Of a stretch of 64,000 bases of DNA, positions 1 through 11,216 are shown piece after piece; the stretch's first letter is position 1, and the number at the start of each line of letters is the position of its first letter. Made by a program: the position numbers and the translations under genes. The notes below the pieces were generated by a model that was not told the origin of the DNA, searched no databases, and saw only the letters and a program-made list of their open reading frames with translations. Location of the stretch: positions 137,172-201,171 of the forward strand of contig CAWCXJ010000012.1 in assembly GCA_963799485.1 (NCBI GenBank). The letters run 5' to 3'. The DNA comes from an uncultured Trueperaceae bacterium. GTDB taxonomy: Bacteria > Deinococcota > Deinococci > Deinococcales > Trueperaceae.

Positions 1-507
1 TCTCAAACCCCCGGCGGCCCTGCGCCGTGGGCCGTGCGGTATACGGTCACTGCCGATGTTGAACTAGGCGCTTCTGTCACCGGGCTCGAGGCCCGTTGTG
101 GTGAAAACCGGGCGTACCGACAGCTCGTTTCAGGAAGTTTTGCCTGTGTGCATAACAGCGCCGATACGGTGAAGGTCAGGTTCGTGGTCGCCGGCGAGAC
201 CGCCGCGAGCGCCGAAGCTGTCCCGGACATCACCGAAAATAGCGGCGTAGCGTTCGCCGGGCGCTGGCGCTACAGCTCACGCGGCGTGACCGAAACCTTT
301 GCCATCGTTAAGGGCAGCGAAACCGCAGGGGAGAGCGCCGACGGGCGTTTCAAGCTCTTTACCGTCGGGCTGCGCGAAGGACTCGTCGCCGAATTTACGG
401 TAGACGGGCGCACCGTCGTATTGACCCCGACGCCGGCTGACGACGGAAAACAGCTCTTTGAGGGCCGTGTATACGGGCTGGTGCTCGCGCCCCTACCCAC
501 CAACTAA
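1..507 (+). CDS. Hypothetical protein, probably 5'-truncated by the window edge
   Basis: Frame is open from base 1 to TAA at 505-507; beta-rich composition; no family recognised. Confidence 0.55.
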   Translation, partial: SQTPGGPAPWAVRYTVTADVELGASVTGLEARCGENRAYRQLVSGSFACVHNSADTVKVRFVVAGETAASAEAVPDITENSGVAFAGRWRYSSRGVTETFAIVKGSETAGESADGRFKLFTVGLREGLVAEFTVDGRTVVLTPTPADDGKQLFEGRVYGLVLAPLPTN

Positions 508-563
508 AGGACAGCCGAGCGGGTCACATTATCGTTCTTACAGGCGTGTCACAATAACGTCAC

Positions 564-914
564 GTGACAGACAATCCCGCCTCGCTCAGCGTAATTCTGG
601 CTCTAGGCGGCTGCATAATTTTGTGGCTGGTGGCTCGAGACGCTCTGCCGCTGCCACATGTTTCTAAAGAGCGAATCGTCGTCGTTTTGCTCTGGGCCGG
701 TCTGATAGGTCTTTTGTGGGTCTCGGATTATCCGGCGGCGTGGCGCGTCCCTGAAATGGTCGAATACTTGGCGGAAACGACGCTTTCGGTGTTTCGTATC
801 CTCCTCGTGACCGCGACCGGTACGGTACTTTTCGGCAGCATGGTTGCGATGCTCTTTTTTACCCGGCCCAAATCTCGCCGCCGTACCAAGCTGGACCAAC
901 CCAAGCTAGACTAA
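564..914 (+). CDS. Small hypothetical membrane protein (about 3 TM helices)
   Basis: Three hydrophobic stretches and a basic C-terminal tail; tightly spaced with co-oriented neighbours. Confidence 0.6.
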   Translation: MTDNPASLSVILALGGCIILWLVARDALPLPHVSKERIVVVLLWAGLIGLLWVSDYPAAWRVPEMVEYLAETTLSVFRILLVTATGTVLFGSMVAMLFFTRPKSRRRTKLDQPKLD

Positions 915-918
915 TCAG

Positions 919-1497
919 GTGAAACCTAACCGCGCAGAGAAAACACAAGCGAAAACACACGAGAAAACACATCAGACTGCCGTCGTCATCATTCCGCCCA
1001 AAAGGGTGTGGGAACCCGTTCAAGCGATTCGCCGAGTACACGACAAGCAGTTTCGGCGCTGGATGCCGCATCTGACGCTGCTCTATCCGTTTGCGCCCAA
1101 ACGCGACTTTACCCGCATTTTACCCGAGCTTGCCGAAGCAGGTTGGGCGCAGGGACCGTTCGAACTGACGCTGGCGCGCTTTGATTCGTTTCGGCACGGA
1201 CGCAATTACACGGTGTGGTTGGAACCTGCGCCCGCCGAACCCCTCAGCAAGCTCTACCGGGCGCTGACGAAAGCTTTGCCGCAGTTTTCCGACACCGGCT
1301 CGTTTAGAGACGGCTTTACGCCGCACCTGAGCGTCGGACAAGTCGAAGGCGCAGGCAAGCTTAAAAAGCTTTTGGCAGAACTGAACGGGAACTGGGAACC
1401 GCAGCGGTTCTCTGTTACCGAGCTGTCTTTAATCTCGCGTAAGGGGCCGCCCAACGATATTTTTCAGGTTGACCGGCAGATTACCCTGGGGGGATAG
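919..1497 (+). CDS. 2H phosphoesterase (2'-5' RNA ligase superfamily)
   Basis: Two HxT/S motifs (PHLTL, PHLSV) about 85 aa apart. Confidence 0.85.
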   Translation: MKPNRAEKTQAKTHEKTHQTAVVIIPPKRVWEPVQAIRRVHDKQFRRWMPHLTLLYPFAPKRDFTRILPELAEAGWAQGPFELTLARFDSFRHGRNYTVWLEPAPAEPLSKLYRALTKALPQFSDTGSFRDGFTPHLSVGQVEGAGKLKKLLAELNGNWEPQRFSVTELSLISRKGPPNDIFQVDRQITLGG

Positions 1498-1726
1498 GTC
1501 ACAGCGAGCTGGTGTGGCACTTGTCCCGGTAACTGCCCACGAAGCTCGCCAGTATCACTTCAGAGTGCGTGTCCCGGACTGGTTTCATGCTCTAGAGCCG
1601 GCTTAAACAAAAGGGTAACTGCCAAAAGTGGCAAGTATCCTTATGGTCAGATACACGCTCTGTCCGATATTCGCCCGGTAGCATGCAAATTATAAAAATG
1701 CCGTACAGCGCCGCTTCCGGCAAAGG

Positions 1727-1763
1727 CCCGCCCGACCGGTCAAACCGTCGGGCGGGCCAAAAT
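1727..1763 (-). terminator. GC-rich hairpin, probable terminator of citrate synthase
   Basis: GGCCCGCCCGAC...GTCGGGCGGGCC about 30 nt after the stop codon. Confidence 0.55.
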
Positions 1764-1790
1764 CCTGACTCCAACTAGCGCATCAGAGAC

Positions 1791-2933
1791 CTAACGCGAC
1801 TCCAGCGGCGTAAACGTCTTGCCTTTTTCGCCCTCGTAAGAAAGTTTAGGCCGCATCAGGCGGTTGTCGGCGTACTGCTCTAAAAGGTGCGCCATCCAAC
1901 CCGGCGTCCGGGAGACGGTAAAGATGGGTGTGTACATCTCGCCGGGAAACCCGAGCATCCGGTAGACCGACGCGGAGAAAAAATCGACGTTGGGCCTGAC
2001 CTGTTTGCCTTTTTTGTCCATCTCGCGCTCCATGACCCGCTCCATCTCCTGCGACATCTCGAACCACTTCGAATCGCCGGACTCTTCGGCGAGTTTTTCG
2101 GAGACGCCCTCCAAAATCGCTGCGCGCGGGTCGAGCACGCGGTAGACGCGGTGCCCGAAACCGGGGATGCGGGCTTTGGGTTCCGAGAGTTTTTTCATCA
2201 CGAAGTCTTCGACCGCTTCGACGCTGCCGATTTCTTCTAACATCTGCATCACTGCCGTATTCGCGCCCCCGTGAAGCGGCCCCTTGAGTGAGCCAATGGC
2301 GGCGGTGATAGCGCTGTACACGTCGGTCAGGGTCGAAGCGGTCGCCCGCGCCACGAAGGTACTCGCGTTCGAGCCGTGTTCGGCGTGCAGCACGAGCGCC
2401 ACGTCCATCACGCGCACGGCGGCCTCGGAAGGCTCTTCACCGCTGGTCATATAAAGAAAGTTCGCGGCGAGCGGCAGGTCGGGGTGCGGCGCGACGGGTT
2501 CTCGAGCTTCGCGGATACGCTGCAAGGCGGCGGTCAGGGTAACGATTTGCGCGGTCAGCCGGAGTCCGATGCGGCGCACGTTCTCGAGGTCAACGCCGTC
2601 GCTCTCTGTGTCCGACGCGGCAAGGAACGAAACGGCGGTGCGTAGGGCGTGCATCGGGCTTTCTTCTCTGGGGAAGTGCCGCAACACGTCGATGGCGTCA
2701 TCAGGTACGGTGAAGTGAGGTTTGAGCGACGTATGAAAATCGGAAAGCTCGCTCTCGGTGGGCAGCGAACCGTTCCACAACAAGTAGACCACCTCTTCAA
2801 ACGAGGCTTTGTCGGCCAACTCGCGGATGTCGTAGCCGCGGTAGATGAGTTCGCCCTTCATCCCGTCGATGCTGCAGATTTCGCTGGTGTCGATAACTAC
2901 CCCGTCGAGTCCGCGCTGAATCGTTTCGTCCAT
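1791..2933 (-). CDS. gltA: Citrate synthase / 2-methylcitrate synthase family
   Basis: GELIYRGY, LHAEHGSNAST, GPLHGGAN, GFGHRVY, PNVDF motifs; GGAGGA RBS before ATG at 2933. Confidence 0.9.
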   Translation of the reverse strand: MDETIQRGLDGVVIDTSEICSIDGMKGELIYRGYDIRELADKASFEEVVYLLWNGSLPTESELSDFHTSLKPHFTVPDDAIDVLRHFPREESPMHALRTAVSFLAASDTESDGVDLENVRRIGLRLTAQIVTLTAALQRIREAREPVAPHPDLPLAANFLYMTSGEEPSEAAVRVMDVALVLHAEHGSNASTFVARATASTLTDVYSAITAAIGSLKGPLHGGANTAVMQMLEEIGSVEAVEDFVMKKLSEPKARIPGFGHRVYRVLDPRAAILEGVSEKLAEESGDSKWFEMSQEMERVMEREMDKKGKQVRPNVDFFSASVYRMLGFPGEMYTPIFTVSRTPGWMAHLLEQYADNRLMRPKLSYEGEKGKTFTPLESR

Positions 2934-3039
2934 AAATTCCTCCATTAGGTCGCTTTTTTGCTGTTGCTTTTCTGCTATTACTCTAGTGTAGCTGCCCGCC
3001 GCGCAGGTCATGGTAAGGTCTGTGGGCTTTTGCGGGTTT

Positions 3040-3963
3040 CTAGCTTGCCGCGCTCTCCGGGTCGCTGTTTTTATCCCCGTCCGGCTCACGGTCACCGCGT
3101 AAAACGCTCAAGACGGTTTCACCGTAGCGCGAACGCTTGATCGGCCCGACCCCCTTGACGGTGCCGAGTTCGCCTAACGTTTGGGGATTTGCAGCAGCAA
3201 GCTGGGTGAGCGTGTCGTTGGTAAAGACGATATAGGCCGGGACACCCTCGGCCTTGGCAGTTTCGCGCCGCCACGCCTCGAGCCGCTTGAGCCGAGTATC
3301 GGCCTCTACTGAGAGTGCGGTTTGCGGTTGCGGCTGAGCGGCGACAGCAGGTGCTTCGGTATGGGTCGGGGTGTCCGTTTGCGCTACGCGCTCAGGTTCG
3401 GCTGCGGGTGTAAAGGGCGGGGCAGACTCGCTCGCCGGTGTAGGTGCGCCGTCCGTGCCGTCTGAAAACGCCGGGCTAGCTGTTTGGACGGGTGTCTGAG
3501 CGGGTGTGTAGCTACCTGAAGCGGGTGTTTCGGGCGTATCCGTGTTCCCTTCGCGGTAGAGCAAATAGGCCCCGGCAGCCACCAGCACGAGCGCAAACGC
3601 CACCGAACCGAGGAGCCCGAACGAGCCCAACGCGACAAGCGCGCCCAGCACTGCAAAGATACCCGCGCTGTAGAGCGCCCAGCGGTTGGGCTTGGGTTCG
3701 GTGCGGTCGATGGCGAAAAACCCGGCTGCCAAACTCAAGAGCATCCCGCTGTCGGTGCCTATAAGTGTGCCGACGGCGATACCCATCAAGACGCCGCCTG
3801 CGACCAGAAAATTGTAATTTTGACGCGACACATAGCCGACCAGAAAGATCGCGCTGATAAGCGCCAGCCAGAGCCAGTCCGCGCCGCCGATGCGTGAGAG
3901 CAGCATAATGACGCCGATAGTGATAAGCGCGTAGGCCAGTAGGCGCTGTGGTCTCGTTTTCAT
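3040..3963 (-). CDS. Membrane protein with Pro/Ala/Thr linker and C-terminal HRDC domain
   Basis: Several N-terminal TM segments; LEAWRRETAKAEGVPAYIVFTNDTL...KGVGPIK is a typical HRDC signature; GGAGG RBS. Confidence 0.8.
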   Translation of the reverse strand: MKTRPQRLLAYALITIGVIMLLSRIGGADWLWLALISAIFLVGYVSRQNYNFLVAGGVLMGIAVGTLIGTDSGMLLSLAAGFFAIDRTEPKPNRWALYSAGIFAVLGALVALGSFGLLGSVAFALVLVAAGAYLLYREGNTDTPETPASGSYTPAQTPVQTASPAFSDGTDGAPTPASESAPPFTPAAEPERVAQTDTPTHTEAPAVAAQPQPQTALSVEADTRLKRLEAWRRETAKAEGVPAYIVFTNDTLTQLAAANPQTLGELGTVKGVGPIKRSRYGETVLSVLRGDREPDGDKNSDPESAAS

Positions 3964-4254
3964 CCGGGCCTCCTCGTCCGCCCATGATAGCGCACCCCGG
4001 CCATGTAACGAACCTTCCGTCTTTGCGTGTTTGCCGCATAGCTATCTGTCCTATAGGTATACGCGAATGTATTACATGTATGTACAAAGTGTAACCATGT
4101 AAGGAACGTGAGGTTTTCACACGCGCAGAGTGCTAGCATATACCCAACATGTGTGACATCCGCTCGAGGGGACGATGAAACCGCCGGAACAGCCACTACG
4201 ACGCGTTACCAGCATCACACGGCTGTTCACGCTGCTGTTTACGCCGCCTCTTGA

Positions 4255-5436
<1,182 letters not shown>

Positions 5437-5450
5437 TGGAGAGGGTTTAG

Positions 5451-6425
5451 GTGGCGCAGCTCAACTTTGTACAGACGGTCGCGCATACCCTGAGCTTTGA
5501 AATGGCCCTCGACGATAACGTCGTGCTGCTCGGCGAAGATGTCGGCAAACGCGGCGGCGTCTTTCTAGCCACTGAAGGGCTTTTTGAGCGTTACGGCCCC
5601 GACCGGGTCATCGACACACCCTTGTCCGAAGCGGCGATTATCGGCGCGGCGGTCGGCATGGCGGCGCACGGCCTCCGGCCCGTCGCCGAAATCCAGTTTT
5701 CGGATTACGTCTATCCGGGTTTCGACCAACTGGTCTCGCAGGCCGCCAAGCTCCGTTACCGTTCCGGTGGACAGTTTTTCGCGCCGATGGTCGTGCGGAT
5801 GCCTGCCGGGGGCGGCGTCAAAGGCGGTCATCACCACTCGCAAAACCCCGAAACGCACTTTGTTCACACGCCCGGCCTCAAGGTGGTTTATCCGTCGTCG
5901 CCCGCCGACGCCAAAGGACTCTTGAGTACCGCCATCCGCGACGACGACCCGGTGATTTTTATGGAACCCAAACGCCTCTACCGGGCCTTCAAAGAAGAGG
6001 TGCCGGACGGCGAACACCTGATTCCGCTCGGGCAGGCGCGTGTCAAACGCGAAGGCGACGACGTGGTGCTCATTTCTTACGGTGCCAGCGTTGCGGAAAC
6101 CCTTAAAGCTGCCGACGCGCTCTCCAAACAGGGGATTTCAGCTAAGGTTATCGATTTGCGTTCGCTGTTGCCGTGGGACAAGGGGGTGGTTTTGGAGGCC
6201 GTCGCAAAGCTCGGACGCGTCGTGCTGGTCTCCGAAGCGCCCAGAACCGGCGGCTTTGTGAGCGAAGTTGCCGCGACCATTTCCGAAGAGGTTTTGGATA
6301 TGCTGCTCGCGCCGCCCGTTCGCGTCACGGGTTTTGATACACCGTATCCCTACGCTCAAGACAGGCTCTATCTGCCGGGGGTAAACCGCATTTTGAAGGC
6401 GGTGCAGCGGGTACTCGAGTACTGA
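5451..6425 (+). CDS. 2-oxoacid dehydrogenase E1 beta
   Basis: [29 protein letters not shown] motifs. Confidence 0.95.
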   Translation: MAQLNFVQTVAHTLSFEMALDDNVVLLGEDVGKRGGVFLATEGLFERYGPDRVIDTPLSEAAIIGAAVGMAAHGLRPVAEIQFSDYVYPGFDQLVSQAAKLRYRSGGQFFAPMVVRMPAGGGVKGGHHHSQNPETHFVHTPGLKVVYPSSPADAKGLLSTAIRDDDPVIFMEPKRLYRAFKEEVPDGEHLIPLGQARVKREGDDVVLISYGASVAETLKAADALSKQGISAKVIDLRSLLPWDKGVVLEAVAKLGRVVLVSEAPRTGGFVSEVAATISEEVLDMLLAPPVRVTGFDTPYPYAQDRLYLPGVNRILKAVQRVLEY

Positions 6426-6616
6426 TGCTCCCCGTAAACCTGTTTGTTTCACCGGATACTGCCGCAGCTTACGCCCAGGGCCATCCGTATTTTCATCCGC
6501 CGGTTGTTTTGAAACGTAAGCTGACCGAACAACTTAAACCCTTCTTTTACGGCGAAGAAACCTTCCCTTTCGCCGGTTTTATCTGGCTACTTAGGAGAGA
6601 TTCGCGTCATGCCTAG
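6425..6616 (+). pseudogene. Probable internally deleted class I SAM methyltransferase remnant
   Basis: N-part (NLFVSPDTAAAYAQGHPYFHP) and C-part (LKPFFYGEETFPFAGFIWLLR) resemble the termini of small class I methyltransferases; no GxGxG core; overlaps both neighbours. Confidence 0.45.
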
Positions 6617-7973
6617 AGAACTCGTACTCCCCGAACTCGCCGAGTCGGTCGTCGAAGGTGAAATCGTCAAATGGCTCGTCGCCGAGGGCGAGCGCGTCGA
6701 GGAAGACCAACCGGTTGTCGAGGTCATGACCGATAAAGTCACCGTCGAACTGCCGAGCCCGTTTGCCGGAGTGCTGGAAACGCAGCTTGTCGCCGAGGGG
6801 GATGTGGTCGCGGTTCACGCGCCGATTGCCCGCTTTGCCGACGAAGCGGTCGGCGAACAAGCGGCGGGCGCAACCGAAACACCGTCACCGACAGCCGATT
6901 TGGTTCAAGTTGAAGCGGCAGACGACACAGAAGACGATACGGCTGAAGACACAGAAGGTACAGACGACGGCGACGCGCGCAGTTTGTTCCGGGCATCCAA
7001 AGATGACGACGCTGAACCGGTCTATCAGGTTTTACGGCAAGAAACAGCCCGTGAGCCTGAACGTACGGGGCCTTACGGTCGCCCGGTGGCGGTTCCGGCA
7101 GCGCGTAAACTCGCCCGTGAGTTGGGCGTAGAGCTGAGCGCCGTTTCCGGGAGTGGCCCGAACGGGCGTATCCGCGTAGACGACGTGCGGCGTGCTGCCG
7201 AGCAAGGTGAGACTCAAACGCCGACTACGCCCAAAGCGCCCGCGTACAAAACGCCTGCGGGCTACGAAGGTCGTGAGGAGCGCGTCCCCGTCCGGGGTTT
7301 ACGGCGCGCCATTTCAAACCAGATGGTCGCCTCGCACTTGCAGACCGTCCGGACACTGCATGTTGACGAAGTAGACGCTACCGAGTTGGTCGCGCTGCGA
7401 TCACGCCTCAAACCGCTTGCCGAAAAACGCGGGGTCAAGCTCTCGTATCTGCCGTTTATCATGAAGGCGACGGTGGCGGCGCTGAAAGCCTTTCCGGTGG
7501 TGAACTCGAGCCTCGACGAAGCCGCGAGTGAGGTCGTGCTCAAGCGGTTTTATAACCTGGGTTTAGCGGTCGCCACCGACGTCGGTCTAGTCGTGCCGGT
7601 CATCAAAGACGTCGATAAAAAGAGCGTGCTCGAGGTCGCCCAAGAGGTCGGTACACTCGCCGTAAAAGCGAGGGACGGCAAACTCGCGCCCGAAGACGTG
7701 AAGGGCGGCACCTTTAGCGTCACCAACATCGGCTCACTCGGCGGACTTTTCAGCTTTCCGATTATCAATGTTCCCGAAGCTGCCATTTTAGGCGTCCACA
7801 GCATCAAAAAACGTCCGGCGGTGATGCCGGACGATTCGGTTCAGGCGCGGCAGATGCTCTATCTGTCCCTGTCGTTCGACCACCGCATCATCGACGGGGC
7901 GGAGGCAGCGCAGTTTACGAGCTACTTGATCGAACTGCTCACGACGCCCGAAGCGCTCCTGCTAGAAAGCTGA
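6609..7973 (+). CDS. Dihydrolipoamide acyltransferase E2
   Basis: Lipoyl domain (EVMTDKVTVE), E3-binding domain (PAARKLARE...GSGPNGRI), catalytic DHRIIDG. Confidence 0.95.
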   Translation: MPRELVLPELAESVVEGEIVKWLVAEGERVEEDQPVVEVMTDKVTVELPSPFAGVLETQLVAEGDVVAVHAPIARFADEAVGEQAAGATETPSPTADLVQVEAADDTEDDTAEDTEGTDDGDARSLFRASKDDDAEPVYQVLRQETAREPERTGPYGRPVAVPAARKLARELGVELSAVSGSGPNGRIRVDDVRRAAEQGETQTPTTPKAPAYKTPAGYEGREERVPVRGLRRAISNQMVASHLQTVRTLHVDEVDATELVALRSRLKPLAEKRGVKLSYLPFIMKATVAALKAFPVVNSSLDEAASEVVLKRFYNLGLAVATDVGLVVPVIKDVDKKSVLEVAQEVGTLAVKARDGKLAPEDVKGGTFSVTNIGSLGGLFSFPIINVPEAAILGVHSIKKRPAVMPDDSVQARQMLYLSLSFDHRIIDGAEAAQFTSYLIELLTTPEALLLES

Positions 7974-8105
7974 GCTGCGTAGCCGGATGTTCCCGGTACT
8001 CCAGGCGGGCGGACGCACCAGCAGGGTGTCGATCAACCAAAACAGAGCATAACCAAGACGGAGCATAACCAAAGACAGAGAGGCGCGCCGCTGGGCCGCG
8101 CCCAG

Positions 8106-9383
8106 CTAAAAACTGGCAAACCCCCGCTCCCGCGCCCAGATCACCGCTTCAGTCCGGGAGTGCACCCCGAGCTTGTCGTAGAGGTTGGTAATGTAGTTGC
8201 GTACCGTTTGCTCGGCGAGCCCCAAGTCGGCGGCGATGGCGTCGTTGCTCCGGCCACTCGCGATATGCTCCAACACCTGCTTTTCACGTTTGGTCAGCGC
8301 GGCGACCTCCGCCGTATTAACGCGCTTGCCCGAACGTTTGGCCCGCGCCTGCGCAAGTTTTTCCATCAAGGAGCGGCTGAACCAGGCGGCGTCTTGCATC
8401 ACCTCGCCTATCGCCTGTGTCAGCTCTTCTTCGGACTGTTTGCGTTCGGTAATATCGAAAAACATCTGCAGCAAACAGGGTGCGCCGCCCATCTCGACGG
8501 TCTCGGCGGACGCCAGGATGTCGCGGACGCCGCCCGCTTTCGTCCGAAACTGGAGTTCCAGGTCGTGATAACCCTGAGCGTCCCGTAAGGCTGCCGCTAT
8601 TGCCCTTTGGTCTTCAGGTGAGGCCCACATCCCCAGGGTTCGGTTCGTCTGACCGACGGCTTCGGCAGCGGTGTAACCGGTCAGCTTTTCAAAGCTCAGG
8701 TTGACGTCGAGAAAGCGCCCCTCACCGAGGGTCGTCAGGCAGGTTGCCACCGGGCCGACGCGAAACGCCTGTTCAAACCGCCTTTCGCTGTTCAGCAGCT
8801 GCTCCTTGGCCTTTTCGTGTTCGGCAACTTCCGCTTGAAGTTGCGTGTTGGCGGTGCGAAGGTCCAGAGTCCTTTCGCCGACCCGCGTCTCGAGCTGTTC
8901 GTTTGCCGTGTCTTGTGCGAGGAGCAAGTCGCGTACCTGATACTGCCGTTTGCGGGCAGTTAGCGCCGCGCGCACGACCGTGATGAGCGTCGGGACGCGG
9001 AGGGGGCGCTCGAGCACCGTCGCGGCGCTCAAGTTCCCCAAACCGCCCAGCCCCGACCATGACGCGCCGACCAAGAGCACGAGCGGCAGGTCCGACCAGC
9101 CCGGTTGCGTTTCGGCGGCGCGCTTTACGGCGGCGAGCGTCGCCGCCGTAAGCGCCTCTTCGGTGAGTAGTAGCACCCCCACGCCCGCGCTCAGCTGCGC
9201 CGCGAGGTCGCCGCCGGAGACTGTATCAAAGGCCGCGCACGGCAGACCGGCTGCTGAGAGCGCCCGGCATAACAGCAGGGCGTCTCGTCCCAGCGGAGCC
9301 AAAACCAAAACGCGCTCCGCCGGACTCGTTACCGGCTCCGTTACAGAAGCGGTTCCGGGGCCGGTTGGCGGTTCAGTCGTCAT
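8106..9383 (-). CDS. Pseudo-receiver + coiled coil + PAS/PAC + LuxR-HTH transcriptional regulator
   Basis: N-terminal ERVLVLAPLGRDA...LLTEEAL...WSDLP domain; PAS (FLDVN..FEKLTGY...DITERK); LTKREKQVL...QTVRNY...KLGVHSR. Confidence 0.88.
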   Translation of the reverse strand: MTTEPPTGPGTASVTEPVTSPAERVLVLAPLGRDALLLCRALSAAGLPCAAFDTVSGGDLAAQLSAGVGVLLLTEEALTAATLAAVKRAAETQPGWSDLPLVLLVGASWSGLGGLGNLSAATVLERPLRVPTLITVVRAALTARKRQYQVRDLLLAQDTANEQLETRVGERTLDLRTANTQLQAEVAEHEKAKEQLLNSERRFEQAFRVGPVATCLTTLGEGRFLDVNLSFEKLTGYTAAEAVGQTNRTLGMWASPEDQRAIAAALRDAQGYHDLELQFRTKAGGVRDILASAETVEMGGAPCLLQMFFDITERKQSEEELTQAIGEVMQDAAWFSRSLMEKLAQARAKRSGKRVNTAEVAALTKREKQVLEHIASGRSNDAIAADLGLAEQTVRNYITNLYDKLGVHSRTEAVIWARERGFASF

Positions 9384-10887
9384 CTTGAGCGCGCCGCGTC
9401 AGCAAGTCTTCAGCGCGGCCCTGGTAGGTCGGCGTGCCCGTCAGGACGCCGCTAAACATGGTGATGGGGTCGCCGACCTGAATCCCGGCAGGGGTAATCC
9501 GCAGCTCCCGAATGGTATCTTCGTGCGGCCCGTAACGTTTTTTGATGACCGAAACCGCGAGCCGGAGGTGGCCTTCGGCCTCGAAGTGCCGCAACAGCAG
9601 CACCGTGTCGGCTAGGTAACTGATGTCTAGGGGCTCGAGTTCACCGCTCCCGAGCACGCCCCGTTCGGCCATAATCAAAAACGTCAGGACGCCCTTCCAG
9701 CTCAGGTAGGTGAGCAGCTCGTGAAGTTGCGCGACGAGCAGCGTTTCTTGCGGCATGGCGTTCAAGTAGCCCGTCAAGCTGTCGATGACCACCACCTTGG
9801 CCCCGCCTTTGCCCACGGCCTCCCGGACGATGTGCGCAAACTCGCCGGGTGACAGCTCCCCGGCGTCCACTTGTTGCAGCCGCACTGTGCCCGCCTCGAG
9901 CTGCGGCCTCAGGTCGAGCCCCATTCCCTGCGAGCGCACGTGAAAAGTTTCGGGGCGCTCGTCGAACAAAAACACCGCCGCGCGTTCGCCACGGGCAGCG
10001 GCGGTGTGGGCGTAAAGCGTGGCGAGCGAGCTTTTGCCGGTGCCGGTCGGGCCGACCAGCAAACAGGCGGTGCCGAACTCGAGGCCGCCCCCCAACAGGT
10101 GGTCGAGTTCGCCGACGCCGCTCTCGGCGACCGTCCGCTGCCTCGCGCCGTCGTCAGAAGACGCGGGCGTCTCGAGGCGCGGAAAAACCTCCAGCCCGCC
10201 CGTGCGGATACGAAAGCTGTGGTAGCCGCCGTGGTAGGTCATCCCGCGCCCCTTGTCGAGTTTGAGCCGCCGCCGCACGTCGCCGTAGTCGGGCGCGCGC
10301 TGCTCGAGCAGCAGCGCCCCGTGCGCCACGGTCGCGAGCTGCCGGTCGCCCTGCTCGACCGGTTCACCGGTTAAAAAGAGCGAGGTACACTCGAGGTCGC
10401 TTAAAACCTGCTTGAACATCAGGAGCTGCGAGCGGTAGCGCAGCGGGTTGTCGGTCAGCAGCCGAATCTGCTCGATGGGGTCAAAGACCAGGCGCTCGGG
10501 TTTGGTTCGGGTGATGACCGCCATAATCGCCTCGGTCGTCTCTTTAAGCTCGACCTCGGCGGTGTGAAAGACCGTCTGCTCGGCAGTGATGTAAAGGGCC
10601 GCTTCACCTGCTGAAAACTCGTGGACGGGCATCCCGCCAAGCGACCAGCCGTGCGACGCGGCAATCTCGCGGAGCTCCCGTTCGGTGTGCGACAGCGTGA
10701 TGTAAAGGACGCGCTCGCCGCGCCGTAAACCCTCCAGGAGAAACTGCAAGCCGAGGGTCGTCTTGCCGGTACCGGGCGTACCCTGAACCAGGTACAGCCA
10801 GCCGCGCGGCAAGCCGCCGTTCAGCACCGTGTCGAGCCCGGTCACGCCGGTCGCGGCTTTTTCCGGGCCCGTCTCCATCCGGTTCAT
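9373..10887 (-). CDS. KaiC-like double RecA-fold ATPase
   Basis: Two Walker A motifs (GTPGTGKT, GPTGTGKS), VVIDSL Walker B, DISYLAD, VIKKR; overlaps the downstream regulator. Confidence 0.92.
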   Translation of the reverse strand: MNRMETGPEKAATGVTGLDTVLNGGLPRGWLYLVQGTPGTGKTTLGLQFLLEGLRRGERVLYITLSHTERELREIAASHGWSLGGMPVHEFSAGEAALYITAEQTVFHTAEVELKETTEAIMAVITRTKPERLVFDPIEQIRLLTDNPLRYRSQLLMFKQVLSDLECTSLFLTGEPVEQGDRQLATVAHGALLLEQRAPDYGDVRRRLKLDKGRGMTYHGGYHSFRIRTGGLEVFPRLETPASSDDGARQRTVAESGVGELDHLLGGGLEFGTACLLVGPTGTGKSSLATLYAHTAAARGERAAVFLFDERPETFHVRSQGMGLDLRPQLEAGTVRLQQVDAGELSPGEFAHIVREAVGKGGAKVVVIDSLTGYLNAMPQETLLVAQLHELLTYLSWKGVLTFLIMAERGVLGSGELEPLDISYLADTVLLLRHFEAEGHLRLAVSVIKKRYGPHEDTIRELRITPAGIQVGDPITMFSGVLTGTPTYQGRAEDLLTRRAQDDD

Positions 10888-11052
10888 CAGGGTCGCCCGG
10901 GCCGAAGGCAGGTTGGTCGGCCCGGATCGGGTGACGTTCGTACTGCTTTTCTGGTGTTTTGGCGTCTAGTATCTAAGTAACTCATCTGTCGGTATGATAT
11001 ACCTAACCGTGTAATTCAAATTGTTATCTTCCCGCAAAGCTGAACCCGTGTC

Positions 11053-11120
11053 TAGGGGTTGAAACCCTTAGAGAACTGGTACTCGGGCCTCTGTAAGCGT
11101 CTTGGAAGGTTTGTTTTAAT
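11053..11120 (+). promoter_or_regulatory. Composite promoter copy 1 (palindrome + CTCTG + TGn -10) upstream of GGDEF gene
   Basis: TAGGGGTTGAAACCCTTA 11053-11070, CTCTG 11089-11093, TGtTTTAAT 11112-11120. Confidence 0.6.
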
Positions 11121-11216
11121 AACGCGGTAACACTCCGTTGGGGGCGGACCGGCAATAGACGACCTGCAAACGACCTGCAAACGACCTGCGCCTAGCGCCG
11201 CCGTCTGCAGTTTGTT

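Noticed and set aside
9373..10887. True circadian KaiABC clock
   Set aside because: No kaiA or kaiB in the window; SY-type site and partner gene indicate the non-clock KaiC-like subfamily
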